Part shown: positions 41,037 to 55,212 of the stretch, in pieces | Numbering within the stretch: the stretch's first letter is position 1 | Layout: the number at the start of each line of letters is the position of its first letter | Assembly: GCF_009914755.1 (NCBI RefSeq) | Contig: NC_060926.1 | Length of the DNA stretch: 64,000 nt | From: the human T2T-CHM13v2.0 reference genome, Homo sapiens | Strand: one strand, 5' to 3' | The notes under the pieces: model-generated | The model's input: only the letters and a program-made list of their open reading frames with translations | Told to the model about the DNA's origin: nothing | Databases searched by the model: none | Translations under genes and position numbers: made by a program

Positions 41037-41916
41037 AATCACTTTCTCAACATTGTGAGCTGAGTGCCCAAGAGCATTCAAAGGCAATATGCTGAGAAAT
41101 AATATAAACAATTCATCTCTAGATAATTCAGTTTGAAACAAGACCAAACCCATCTCATGAAGATGCCTGGTTTCCTGCAACATTACTAAATAACCTGTTC
41201 CTTTTTGAATCCCAAACTTGATCCAAAGCCAACAGAGCACTGGTGTCTGAGGAGTTAATTAGTGTAAATGCAAGAGTACACCCTGGGACTTCTCCAGAGT
41301 TGGTTTTATGCCGAAAGAAACCAAAATTATACACACCCATTATTCATAAAACATCTCTCTTCTATTCAGTTCAAAAGGTTAACATTTTGAAACTACATGG
41401 GATTGACTAATTACATATTTGGGCTTCTCAGATATGCAAGACGAAAGGATTGTTTATGTTCTAAAGAGATTCATTTAGCGAGGTTCATAGTAATCTTACA
41501 CTCTAACAATTGTGTTTTCTTAAATGACTCTAAGGCCACAAAGAACACTAATATTTTATATTGTACTTTTTCATTACTTTATTACTTTTCATTCTAGTAC
41601 TGTGGAATTCAAGCAGAGAAGCCAGACTGAAATGGGAAAAAAATAATCATATGGATATATAGAACTTAAGTCACATGAAAACTAAATCAGAAAAGTTATT
41701 TCCATTTTTTAAAATAATAATGGACAAATAATAATGGACAGTAATCATTAATAACGCTTGAAAAATAAGCAGATTTCAACATAAATGACTTTCTATACTA
41801 CATGCCCACAGTCCCTTTTTAGCTGATTGAGTCCAAGAAGGTACCTGTTGAGTTGTACAAAAAGGCAATCTGGGCTCAAGGTCTGTAGTGGAATGTTGTT
41901 GCCTCTTTTCTCTTGT

Positions 41917-42093
41917 AAGAAAGAAAAAAAGGGAATGAAAGGGGGAAAGGATACAGAAAGGGAAGAAGACAGTAAGAGAGAAATGCAGAAAGAAAGAGAT
42001 AAAAAAAAAGAGCGAGAGGAGGAAGAGAGGAAGGAGAAAGAGGAGAGAGAGAATAAAAGCTAAGGAAAGAAGGATGGAAAGAAAAAGAAAAGG
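41917..42093. repeat. GA-rich polypurine low-complexity tract
   Basis: Seen directly in the sequence. Confidence 0.9.
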
Positions 42094-42474
42094 ACAGCCA
42101 TTCCATGCTTTTGTATACTTTACTCAAACCAAAAATGATTTGTGGGAAATGTGATTTTTTGACACATGAGAGGGGCATGTGTGTGTTTCTCTGTTCCCTC
42201 TTTAGACTTAGCCTACATGAGGGTTCCTTTCAGTCCAAAGGGTACCCTCCACTCTAAAACCCTGGATTCCAAAATCAAGATTTGACTTGACATTACAGAA
42301 CTCTGCAACTATTGAATCTGTATATGAAAAGACTGTTTATCTGAACTTTTTCATGATAACCTATTAAATAAAATAGCTGATCACTGCTAATAAATTCCAA
42401 AAGAGGAAATCTCTGAACATTAATTTAGAAAATTCAAGAGAATAAGAAATATAAAATGTGCTGACCCATATTTT

Positions 42475-43640
42475 CACTTTCAACATTGTCTCTTCTTCCT
42501 TCCTGGGGTTCCAAGGTATCTTCTTGTATTATTTTATGGTTAGAGAAGTTGTTTTAGCCACTATTTTAGGGTTGGTTTGCCGGTAACAAATTCTCTTGGT
42601 TTTCTTTCATCCGAAAATGTCTTCATTTCCCTTCATTCCTTGAGGATATTTTCAGTATAGATTTCTGAGTTGACAGTCATTTTCTTTCAGCACTTGAAAA
42701 ATACTATGGTGCTTCCTTCTGGTCTCCACGGCATCTAATGAGAAATACTCTATCATTCAAATTCTTTTCCCTTATAGGTAAGGTGTCACTGATGTCTTAT
42801 TGCTTTTGAAGTCCTTCTTTTATCTTTGGTTTTCAGGAGTTTGATCATGACATGATATGACTTAGACAGATGTCTTTGGGTTGTCCTGTTTAGGGTTTGC
42901 TTAGCTCCTTTTTTTCAATTTTTTCTTTTTATAGGTTATTGAGGAGCAGGTGCTATTTGGTTGAATCACTAGGTTCATATCTTTTTGCCAAATTTGGGAA
43001 ATTTCCAGCCATTATTTTTTCTAATACTTTTCCAGGCCCACATTCTTCCTTTTCTTTTTCTGGAACTCTGATGACATAAATGTTAGATTTTTTGTTATAA
43101 TCTCAAATGTACTTGAGGCTTTTTTTTTCTATTTATTTCATCTCTCATGTTCAAGTCAGGTAACTCCTATTTTTTTTATCTTCAAGGTCACTGGCTCTTT
43201 CTTTTGTCTTTTTCATGCTGACCTCATCCAGTAAGGTTTTCTAAGATTTGGGGTTTGGTGTTTTTTGTTTTTTGGTTACTGTACTGTTCAGTCTTAAAAT
43301 TTCAATTAGTATCTTTTATATATCTTTTATTTCTTTGATGATACTTTCTATTTTTTTCATTTGTACAAAATCTGTTTATGATTGCTCCTTGAAGCATTTT
43401 GATAAAGACCATTGAAAAGTTCTCATTAGATAATCTCAATATCTGTATCATCTTGATGTTAGTATCTATTGATTGTCTTTTCTCATTCAAGTTGAGGTTT
43501 TCCTGGTTCTTGGTGTGATATGTGACCTTCTCATAGCTAAGAGTTGAAAGTCCTGGATTCCCACTGAGAAAGCACGGGGGTACTCTTTGTGGTTGAGTGG
43601 GGGTGCAAGTCTAGGCTTTCACTTAGCCCTCTCTGATCCC
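42475..43640 (-). mobile_element. Old L1M (L1MC/MD-like) ORF1/5' region
   Basis: Antisense ORF1-like sequence: gccaaatttgggaaatttccagccattattttttctaatac and ttctttcagcacttgaaaaatact. Confidence 0.75.
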
Positions 43641-45399
43641 AACTTCATCTGCCCCATCTGAGGTATGGTCAGCCATGTTTTTCTTCCTTCCAGATTTTTT
43701 CTCTTTCTTTACCTTTAGAACCTGTAGTTTTTCATTAAGGTCTGAGATTTTCAATAAAAGATACTAGAGTCAGATGAGGGAAAGAAAGTGGTAAGCCTAA
43801 GTCATCAGTTTTTCTTTGTGCATGTGGAATATTTTTAAGATAAGTTACTTCTCATATACATAAAGTCCCTATAAACCATATTAAGGAAGTCAATCTCTTA
43901 GTTATTTTCTTCTTCTTCTTGGAGGCACAGTACCATTAGGAGAAACATAGAAGAAAAATACATTGTTTCGCTTAAATTGAACAGAAAAAAAAATTTTTTT
44001 TAATGAAAAAAAGCAAGAAAACAGCCAAAAAGAAAAGTGGAAATATTTTCTATTATGCTTTTATTCCTTATCTCAAGTTTGTTTTCTGGGTGCATTGGGC
44101 TTTCATTAATTTGACTGCTAAACTTTCATCATCCCCACCTATAATTTCTCCAGTGGACTGAACTTATTTAGAGTCCAAAGACACATAAGGAAATTAAATA
44201 AGAGGAGAAAATAAACTTGCCTATATAGTAGGAATGCAGAATATTTCATAAATCTAAAGAAATAGCCAAGATGTTTTTTTCTCATGATGTTTTTTGAAAT
44301 AAGAAACAATCCCTTTTTTGCCAAAATGAATAAATAAAGATGTATCTACTGTAGAAAAATTACAGTATTAACTTGAGTGTGTAAAATCCACACAGTTATT
44401 TCACGTCACATTATTGGAAGCAGGGAGAGATAAAATAATTAGCTTTCAAACTCTTTTCTGCAAATGCGCCTCATGAACAGAGTTCCAGAATTAGGAAGAC
44501 AAAGCAAAAGAGAGTCATTTCTGGTCTTCACTTTTACTCTTCCTCCAAAACCTTTACTTATCTTTTAAACCCTAATTTGAGAGGGAAAAAAATTGGGTAA
44601 AGGACAAAATGGAAACAGTATTTGCAAAATCTATGGAAGTACAAGCTGTACTTTGCACAACTCAGTTTATAACCCGTTCTTGGAACATGCAAGAGAACCA
44701 ATCACACAATTATCAGTATGTTTTTCTAAAGCACATATGCCACGACAAAGTAAATGCCACCACGATAAATGCGTATCATTTCGAGCAACATCATGTGAAG
44801 CATGCTATGATGCCCAGACAATTTCAGACAGCCAAACACCCTCTTCTCTCTCAATACACCCTCTTGGATATGCATCCATTTAATATGCCTAATACTTGGA
44901 AATGATATAATCCTAATGGAAAGGAATTATACTGAATTACTATGAAAGAAATAAACATCATGTCTTCACATGTTAAAGCAGAAAACGGTTTATAAAAAAC
45001 TCTTTAAAATGTATCATACAGGGCTTACATTTAAGAAAGATCACACTCTATTATGTTGATTCACCTAATTCTATTTAGAATGTAGCTCTGAGAGATCATG
45101 TAGTCCAACCTTTGGTTTTACAGAAGAGGAGGCAGAGGTAATCTTCCACAGCAAATCTTCAGAAGTTTTTCTTTTTGTATTTAATATCAAATATATATAC
45201 ACACACATTCATACATGCTTCCATACACCTAAAGGATAGTGACAAATGAACAGAATCTTCTTTGATGTAGCAAAACTGTATCTCAAGGATAGTCCTTGAG
45301 TTGTCTTCTGGCTTCTGCCAACAGATTCACAACCTGATGCTTCAAAAAATAGTGGTTTCTCCTTTGTCTTTAAGAAAAACAGAGACTATGTTGGAAAGT

Positions 45400-45545
45400 G
45401 CTTCTGACTTGGCAGAATCCTATTGTCAATCCTTGGCATGTCGCATGGTTTTATGCAGGTCATGAGCCAGCTCAAGCATCAATTTCTTCATCTTACATTA
45501 GCATGATAGTATATACTCTTTAGAATAGTGGTGAAGATAAAATTA
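45400..45545 (+). mobile_element. MIR fragment
   Basis: caagcatcaatttcttcatctt...gaatagtggtgaagataaaat. Confidence 0.5.
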
Positions 45546-45584
45546 CAATAATAATTACAGTGTAATTCTGAATAAGGTCTACAT

Positions 45585-46085
45585 TGCAGGTACTACTGTA
45601 AATTGGTATAACTTCTATGGAGAGCAATACAGCGTACTCAACAATTTCATCTCTAGGAATTTATCCTTCCATTATATTTACATATATACAAAATAACATT
45701 TGTATATGGCTGTTCACTGCATTATTGTTTGAAATGGCAAAAGTTTCAAAACAAATTAAGTATTCATCGGTAGTAGACTGGTTGAAAAAATCTGACACCA
45801 TACAATGATGTTTTGGAGCAATTTTAAAAATATATTGCTTTGGAATGTTTTACAAGATGCATAGATTTTGGACAGACAGGAAAGTAGAAAGATGATAGAT
45901 GAGATAGATAGATATGTCTGCATATACATAGACACTTGAAGAAAAAAAGTAAACTAAAGCACTTGTCCCTCCTGGAAGTGGCGGGGGACAGGAATAGAAG
46001 GGAGACTTACCTTTTTACTCTATGCCTTCTAATGCCTTCTGAACTATGTCCTGTGTGTAAGCATTGCCTATGCAAAGAAAAATTT
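45585..46085 (+). mobile_element. L1ME-like 3' end
   Basis: tgtaaattggtataacttctatggagagcaat...tgttcactgcattattgtttgaaatggcaaaa. Confidence 0.7.
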
Positions 46086-48742
46086 AAAAAATTTTAAAAT
46101 TTAATTACTGAAGGGACTGATAAAGACTACTTGGTTGTCTTTTTTTCTCTGTATGTTTGCTTTTGTTTGTATTTGCTTGTTGGACTTTCTAACACACATA
46201 AAGGCTAGGAGTAGTGAGTTAGAACCATCCTTTCCAAGAATAATTAAAAGCATTGAAGTCAGCACCAAGAATGATGTAATATTTTGCACCGAAATTGCTA
46301 AATTCAATCAGTGAACATAATTGTAGAAAAAGTTGACTCAGAGCTAACCACTATGTAAATGGTTGATTATAGTAGTTATTCTCAGTGGAACTGGCAAGTG
46401 TGTGTATTAAATTGTGGCTGGTTGGTGCATGGTAGAGAGAAGTTTTTTCTAAACATACACAAGCATAAACTTACACACACACATGCACACACACATGACA
46501 TATGCACACACATATAGGCCTTGAGAGTCTGAAATTCATCTTACTCAGCCAATGAGAATCACTGATTTACAATAGGTGTGCGCCAAATCTGAATGCCATA
46601 TAGAAGCTAAATATAAATACTAATTAAATAATTCTATAGTTTATTTACATATAAAATAAAAATCTGATTCAGTGATTTTTAGATTTGGCATTTCGCTGAT
46701 TATTTTCTATTCCACAATACATTTACAAACACTCTTTTTTACTCTGCTTTTTGGCACTAATAGTTGGTGGAAGACATTATCTTCTAACTGTTGTCAGTCA
46801 CAGATTAAGAAAGGTTTATGTAAGCAAATTTGTAAATGGAAGAAAAGACTCTGCCTAGTTAAGCAATGGCAGGGTGTCTCACCAGTGAGATCGGTTATCG
46901 TGAGAAGGAAATGTCCTCTGAGATATTTTGTGTTCATATATTTGTAACAGGAAGGGGAAAAACAGAATTGACTGAAATCACTTATGCTTCCAAAAAATAA
47001 GCATCATTTCTCTCTGGAGTGGATGGCCTTTTGTTTAGTAAGACACCTTGACAGGCCACTTGAGTTTCAATGCTGAAGCCCCCCAGAGCTTAGTTTAAAC
47101 AAGGAGAGAGAAACAAACACCTATCTGAATTGCTCTACATTACAAAAATGAAAGGAGTGGAGGGAGTGTTTAGGAGCAGCCTGAAACGGGAGGAGAGTCC
47201 TGACAGAAACAAACAGGGACTATCAACCTGGAGGTCAGAAAAAGACCTGCGGAAAAGGTGAGGAGCATGAAATTCTTTACAGCCAGATTTTCAGTTAACT
47301 CTGTTAACACACACATCCTTGAATAACAATACTTCCAGAAAATAAGGGCTAGATGATCAAGGCCCAGAGAAAAGATGAGGTGAACCTCAAGAAGGCAGCA
47401 GAGTATAGGCATCTGAGGGTGTGGACGTAGCTAGCCACCTTTCTCTTTGATTGCACTACAGAAAGTTAACTTTTGGTGGGTTTACAGGGGTATAACAGGA
47501 GAATGGAAAAAACTAACATCTGGGTATAATACATGCTATAATTACCAATAATATTTCACTACAGTCACCTACCTAAAAAAAGGCAAATTGCCTCTTCCAT
47601 TCTCCATCTCTTTGATCATCAGTAAAAACCAATATAAAAAAGTTTTTATGCATATTTGAATGCTCTAGATGCACTAAAGCAAAAATCAGTCTTTGAAGAC
47701 CCCATCTGGGTAGTAGTTTGATTCTGGAATTTTGTTTTGCATGAATATGTAGATCACAAATGGGTTTCTTTAATTACCACCTGTATCACTTTTTTAATGG
47801 TTTTATAAAAATCATCATATTTAAAATTACACCAGGTTATTACTTCTGTTTAGGTAAATAAACCTGGTGTCTAAACCTAACAGTCTTATCTAATATTTTA
47901 AATTAATTTTTTTTAATGCCCATTATGCATCTCATATTATTCTCATGAAACATTTCATCAAAAGGGAAGATAAGACCAAGGGCATACCAGTCTAGTGGCA
48001 GTGACAGATACTAGATATTAGAGAGGCATATAGAAAATCTCTTTCATTGCAAACATTCTGAATGACATCCAAATCAAGATAAATATCAGATGGATCTGAA
48101 TTTTTTTAAAAGGGCTGCAATCCATTAAGTGAACAGAAATGTTTTTCTGCAGTAGCTAAAAAGAGAGCGAGAGAAAAAGAAATATAGAACAACAAGGATA
48201 AAGAATAATCTAATAAGACAGGTTAGAAATTCTCGAGCTCAATATTTTATTACAAGCAAAATTAGTTTTTCTCCCTACTTAATAGAAATATTAATTGAAA
48301 AATCTCTCCAACAACAAACTATAGCTAAACAATTTCCAATTACCCATATTCATAAAGAGAGGCTCAAGGGTGTGATGTAATACAGAGATCGTTTACCTTT
48401 GCCTCATTATTAATTTCTAATTAAGATTTTGCATGGCCAGCCTAACCTGTTTATGTTCTTTGAGTATACCTCATCCAAAGGCCAAGAAATTATTAGGAGT
48501 ATAATTTGTATTGTATATATTTTTGTTTTTGTATATATTTTTAGATTTTTCAAGTACCTTTTATTGAAGTATAACATTAAAAATGCCCAAATCATAATAT
48601 ACAGCTTCAAGAGTATTCACAGACTAAATTAAACTATTAACTTTAAACCAGGTCAAAAATAGAGTATTTCTTGCACCCCATCTTGTCTCCTGAATGTCCC
48701 AAGCCCCCACCACAATTCCCTGTTTCTGATGGTCACCTCTAT

Positions 48743-49051
48743 TCTTTCTTTTTTTTGAGAGGGACAGAGTCTCGCTCTGCCACCCAGGTTGGAGGGCAGT
48801 GGCGCAATCTCGGGCTTACTAAAACCCCCGCCTCCCGGATTCAAACAATTCTCCTTGCCCCAGCCTCCCAAGTAGCTGGGATTATAGACACCTACAGCCA
48901 TTCCTGGCTAATTTTTTTTTTTTTTAATTTTTAGTAGAGACAGGGTTTTGCCATGTTGGCCAGGCTGGATCAAACTCCTGATCTCAGGTCATCCGCCTGT
49001 CTCAGCCTCCCAAAGTGCTGAGATTACAGGAATGAGCCACTGCACCTTGCC
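48743..49051 (-). mobile_element. Alu (AluSx-like)
   Basis: Full dimer with ctgatctcaggtcatcc. Confidence 0.93.
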
Positions 49052-49087
49052 ACAAGTTGACCACCATTCTGACTTTAAATACTACAT

Positions 49088-49092
<5 letters not shown>

Positions 49093-49139
<47 letters not shown>
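49093..49139. repeat. Perfect (TA)n microsatellite, about 23 units
   Basis: Seen directly in the sequence. Confidence 0.97.
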
Positions 49140-49142
<3 letters not shown>

Positions 49143-49229
49143 AATCATATATTTCTAATTATTGGCATATATTGGTGTATAGAAATGTACTGATTTTTGT
49201 ATGTTAATTATATATTTTATACATGTTAA

Positions 49230-49572
<343 letters not shown>

Positions 49573-50080
49573 AGTTTTTTTATATTTTTGAACTTCATAG
49601 AAATGGAACCAGACAGTGTACACTCTTGTGTCTGGTTTTTTTGACTCGGTGGTGTGTTTTTAAGACTTATTCACATTGTTGCATGTAGTTGTTGTGTATT
49701 CACTCTCATTATTGTACAATGTTAATATATCATAATTAATTCATCCATTCTATAATTCACAGGTTGTTGGGTAGTTTAACCATTGTGCTATTAGGAAAAA
49801 TGTTGCCACGAACACTCGTATGTCTTTTTATAAACTGATTTAAACATATCTTTGGCCATACGCCTAGGACTGGAATTATTTGGGTCATATATTCAACTTT
49901 AATAGATATTGACACAGAATTTCCCAAAATGGTCAGACCACTTTACATCCTCACCATCAGTGTATGACAGCTCTGGATACATTGCATCCTTTTTGATACT
50001 TGTTGTTGGATCTGGATTTTTCTTTCTTTCTTTTTAAATTTGGCTATTCTGCTGGTGCGTTGTGGTATATCACCGCATTT

Positions 50081-53000
50081 GTTTTTAACTGTTATTTTAG
50101 GTTCATGGGTACATGTGCAGGTTTGTTATATAGGTAAATTCATGTCACAAGGATTTGGTGTACAGATTATTTAGTCACCCAGATACTAAGCAGAATGCCT
50201 GATAGTTTTTATCAGCATTTTATAGATTCTCTCCTTCCTGTCACCCTCCACCCTCAAGTAGGCCCTGGTATCTGTTGTTCCCTTCTCTGTGTCCATATGT
50301 TCCCATTATTTAGCTTCCACTAATAAGTGAGAACATGCAGTATTTGTTTTTCTGTTCCTGCATTAGCTTGCTAAGGATAATGGCCCCCAGCACCATCCAT
50401 GTTCCTGAAAAGGACATGATCTCTATTTTTTTTAGGGCTGCATCGTATTCCATGGTGTATATGTAAGATGTTTTCTTTATTTCTTTATCCAGTCTACTAT
50501 TGAGGGGCATTTAGGCTGATTCCATATCTTTGCTATTGTGATAGTGCTGCAATGAACATTTGTGTGCATGTGTCTTTATGGTAGCGTGATCTATGTTCCT
50601 TTGGGTATATACTTAGTAATGGGATTGCTGGGTCAAATTGTAGTCCTGTTTTAAGTTCTTTGAGGAATCACTACACTGCTTTCCAAATGGTTGAACTAAT
50701 TTGCACTCCCACCAATGTATTTAAGCCTTTCCTTTTCCTCAGGACCTCACCGACATCTGTTATTTTTTGACTTTTTAATAATAACCATTCTGACTTGTGT
50801 GAGATGGTGTCTCATGGTTTTGATTTGCATTTCTCTAATGATTAGTGATACTGAACATTTTTCATATGCTGTTGGCCATATGTATGTGTTTTTTTGAAGT
50901 GTCTTTTCATGTCCTTTGTCCACTTTATAATGGGATTGTTTGGTTTTTGCTTGTAAAATTAAGTTTCTTTTAGATTTATTTTAGATTAGTTATTAGACCT
51001 TTGTCAGAGGTATAGTTTGCAAATATTTTCTCCCTTTCTACAGGTTGCCTGTGTACTCTGTTGATAGTTTCCTTTGCTGTGTAGAAGGTCTTTAGTTTAA
51101 TTAGATCCCATTTGTCAGTTTTAGTTTTGGTTGCAATCACTTTTGGTGTATTCATCATACAGTCTTTGCCAGGACCTATATCCAGAATGGTATTTCCTGG
51201 GTTGTCTTCAAGGGTTTTTATAGTTTTACATTTTATATTTAAGTCTTTAATCCATCTTGAGTTGATTTTTGTATATGGTGTAAGGAAGGGGTTCAGTTTC
51301 AATCTTCTGCATATGGCTAGCCAGTTTTCCCAGCACCATTTATTAAATATGGAGTCCTTTCCCTATTACTTATTTTTGTCAGCTTTGTGAAAGATCAGAG
51401 GGTTGTAGGTGTGCAGCATTATTTCTAGGCTCTCTATTCTGTTGCATAGGTCTTTGTGTCTGTTTTTGTACCAGTATCATGCTGTTTTGGTTACTGTACC
51501 CTGTAGTATTGTTTGAAGTCAGGTAGTATGATGCCTCCAGCTGTTCTTTTTACTTAAGATTTTCTTGGCTATGCGGGCTCTTTTGTGGTTCTATATGAAT
51601 TTTAAACTAGATTTCTCTAGTTCTGTGAAGAATGTCATTGGTAGTTAGATAAAAATAAGATAGAATCTATACATTGCATTGGGCAGTATGTCCATTTTAA
51701 CAATAATTGATTCTTCCTATACATGCGTATGGAATGTTGTTCCATTTGATTGTGTTATCTCTGATTTCTTTGAGCAGTGCTTTGTAATTCTCATTGTAGA
51801 GATCTTTTGCCTTTCTGATTAGCTATATTCCTAGGTTTTATTTTATTTATTTTATTTTATTATTTGTGGTTATTGTGAATGGGACTGTTTTCTTGATTTG
51901 GCTCCAGCTTGGACATTGTTGTTGTATAGAAACGTTAATGATTTTTGTATGTTAATTTTGTATCCTGAAACTGCTGAAGTTGTTTATGAAATCTATGAGC
52001 TCTTGGGCAGAGATTATGGGGTTTTATAGATCCAGAATCATGTCATTTGCCAACAGGGATAGTTTGACATCCCCTCTTCCTATTTGAATGGCTTTTATTT
52101 CTTTCTCTTCCCTGATGACTCTGACCAGAATTTCCAGTACTGTGTTGAATAGGAGTGGTGAGAATGGGCATGCTCATACACTGCCAGTTTTTATGGAAAT
52201 GCTTCCAGCTGTTAGTCATTCAGTATAATATTAGCTGTAGGTTTATCATAGATGGTTATTATTCTCAAATATGTTCCCTGAGGAACATTTTGAGGGTTAT
52301 TGAGGGTTTAAGGTTTTAAACATGAAGGGATGCTAAATTTTATAGAAAGCCTTTTCAGCATCTATTGAGATGATCATATGGTTTTTGTTTTTAGTTTGTG
52401 TATGTGATGAATCACATTTATTGATTTGTGTATGTTGAACCAACTTTGCGTCCCAAGGATGAAGCATACTTCATCAAGATGGATTAGCTTTTTGAGGTAT
52501 TGCTACGTTCAGCTTGCTAGTATTGTGTTGAGGATTTTTGCATCAATATTCATCAAGAATATTGGCCTGAGGTTTTCTTTTTTTATTGTCTCTGCCAGGT
52601 TTTGGTATCAGAATGATGCTGGCCTTATAAGATGAGTTAGGAAGGAGTCCCTCCTCCTCAATTTTTTGGAATAATTTCAGTAGGAATGGTACCAGTTCTC
52701 CTTTGAACATGATGAATCCTTCTGGTCCTGGGCTTTTTATGGTTGGTGGGCTACTGATTACAGATTCAATTTCAGAGCTTGTTATCGCTCTTTACAAGGA
52801 TTCAGTTTCTTCCTGGTGCAGTCTTGGAAGGGTGTATGCATCCCAGGAATTTATCCACTTATTCTAGATTTTCTAGTTTGTGTGCATAGAGGGGTTCACA
52901 GTAGCCTCTGATGGTTATGTGTATTTCTGTGAGGTCAATGGTCACGCCCCCTTTGTCATTTCTAATTGTGTTTATTTGGGTCATCTCTCTTTTCCATTTA

Positions 53001-55212
53001 TTAGTCTAGCTAGCAGTCTAGTTATCTTGTTAATTGTTTTTTAAAATACAAAGTCCTGGATTTATTGATTTTTTCTATGGATTTTCATGTCTCTCTCCAG
53101 ATCTGATTTTGGTTATTTCTTGTCTTCAGCTAGTTTGGGAGTTGGTTTGTTCTTCCTTCTCTAGCTCTTCTCATTGTGATGTTACGTTGTTAATTTGAGA
53201 TCTTTCTAACTTTTTGATACAGGCATTTAGCACTATAAATTTCCCTCTTAAAATGGCCTTAGCTGTGTCCCAGAGATTATGATATATTGTATCTTTGTCC
53301 TCATTACTCCAAAAGAACTTCTTGATTTCTGCCTTAATTTCATTATTTATCCAAAAGTCATTCCGGAGCAGGTTGTCTAATTTCTAAATAATTGTGTGGT
53401 TTTGAGCAATTTTCTTAGTCTTGATTTCAATTTGTATTGCTCTATGGTCCAAGAGTGTGGTTAGTATGATTTCATTTTTTGAATTTGCTGAGGATAGTTC
53501 TATGTCTGATTGTGTGGTAGATTTTAAAACATGTGCCATGTGGCAATGAGAAGAATATAAATTCCATTGTTTGAGGATGAATAGTTCTGTGGAGGTCTGT
53601 TAGGTCCATTTGATCAAGTGTTGAGTACAGGTCCTAATTATCTTTGTTAATTTTCTGCCTCAATAATCTGTCTAACACTGTCAATAGGGTGTTGAATTCT
53701 CCCACTATTATTGTGTGGGAAGTCTCCCACTATTATTTCATAGGTCTCTAGGAACTCGCTTTATGAATCTGGCTGCTTCTGTGTTAGGTACACATATATT
53801 TAGTATAGGTAGGTCTGGTTGTTGAACTCTTTACCATTATGTAATGCCTTTCTTTGTCTTTTTTGATCATTGTTGGTTTAAAGTCTGTTTTGGGCTGGGT
53901 GCAGAGGCTCATACCTGTATTCCCAGCACTTTGGGAGGCCAAGGTGGGTGGACCACTTGAGGTCAGGAGTTCAAGACCATCCTGGCCAACATGGTGAAAC
54001 TTCATCTATACTAAAAATACAAAAAATAGCTGGATATGGTGGCAGGTGCCTGTAGTCCCAGCTACTCAGGAGGCTGAGGCAGGAGAATTGCTTTAACCTG
54101 GGAGGCAGAGGTTTCAGTAAGCTGACATTACATCACTGTTCTCCAACCTGGGCAAAAGAGCAAGACTCCATCTCAAAAAACAAAAATAAAAAAATAAAGT
54201 CTGTTTTGTCTGAAATTAGGATGCAACCTGTACTTTTTTCTGATTTCCGTTTACTTGGTAGATTTTTTTCTCCATCTCCTTATTTTGAACCCGTGGGTGT
54301 CACTGCATATAAGATGGGTCTCTTGATGACAGCATACAGTTGTGTCTCACTTCCATATCTAGCTTGCCACTCTGTGCCATTTAATTGGGGCATTTAGTCC
54401 ATGTACATTCAAGGCTACTACAGATATGTGTGGATTTGGTCTGTCATCATGTTTTCAGCTGATTATTATGCAGATTTGTTTGTGTAGTTGCTTTATAGTG
54501 TCACTAGTCTGTGTACTTAAGTATGGTTTTGTATTTGCTGATAACATTCATTCCTTTCCATACTTAATGTTCCTTTCAGGAGCTGTTGTAAAGCAGGTTT
54601 AGTGGTAAAGAATTCCCTTAGCATTTGCTTGTCTAAAAAGGATCTTATTTCACCTTCACTAGTGAAGTTTAGTTTGACTGGACATGAAATGCTTGGTTGA
54701 AGTCTTTGTTTTTAAATAATATTGTATATAGGCCCTCAATCTCTTCTGGCTTACAGGGTTTCTGCTGAAAGGTTCACTGTTAACCTAATGGGGTTCCCTT
54801 TGTAGATAACCTACCCTTTCTCTCTACCTGCGTTTAACATATTTTCTTTCATTTTGACTTTGGAAAATCTGATGATTATGCATCTTGGTGATGATCTTCT
54901 TATATAGTATCTTGCAACGGTTCTCTGCATTTTCTGATTTGAATGTTGGCCTCTCTAGTGATGTTGGAGAAGTTTTCATGGACAATATTCTAAAATATGT
55001 TTTCCAAGTTGCTTACTTTCTCCGTCTCTTTCAAGAACACCAGTGATTCACAGATTTGGCCTCTTTGCAGGATCCTGTATTTCTCAGAAGTTTTGTTTGT
55101 TCCTTTTCATTCTTTTTTCTTTATTTCTGCCTACCTTATTTCAGAAAGCCTGCCTTCAAGCTCTGAGACTCTTTCCTCAGCTTGGCCTATTCTGTGGTTA
55201 ATATTTGCAATT
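50081..55212 (-). mobile_element. Long 5'-truncated L1 (L1PA15/16-like): part of ORF1, degraded ORF2, 3'UTR
   Basis: 3' end ggtacatgtgcaggtttgttatataggtaaattcatgtcac. ORF2 remnant [21 protein letters not shown] (50976-51302). Many stops and frameshifts. Confidence 0.93.
53893..54195 (+). mobile_element. Alu (AluS-type) inserted in the L1 endonuclease region
   Basis: Perfect TSD aaagtctgttttg at 53880-53892 and 54196-54208. Confidence 0.97.

Noticed and set aside
44593-44905. Two overlapping ORFs of about 97 aa as a possible retrocopy
   Set aside because: No recognisable protein, poly(A) tail or TSD.
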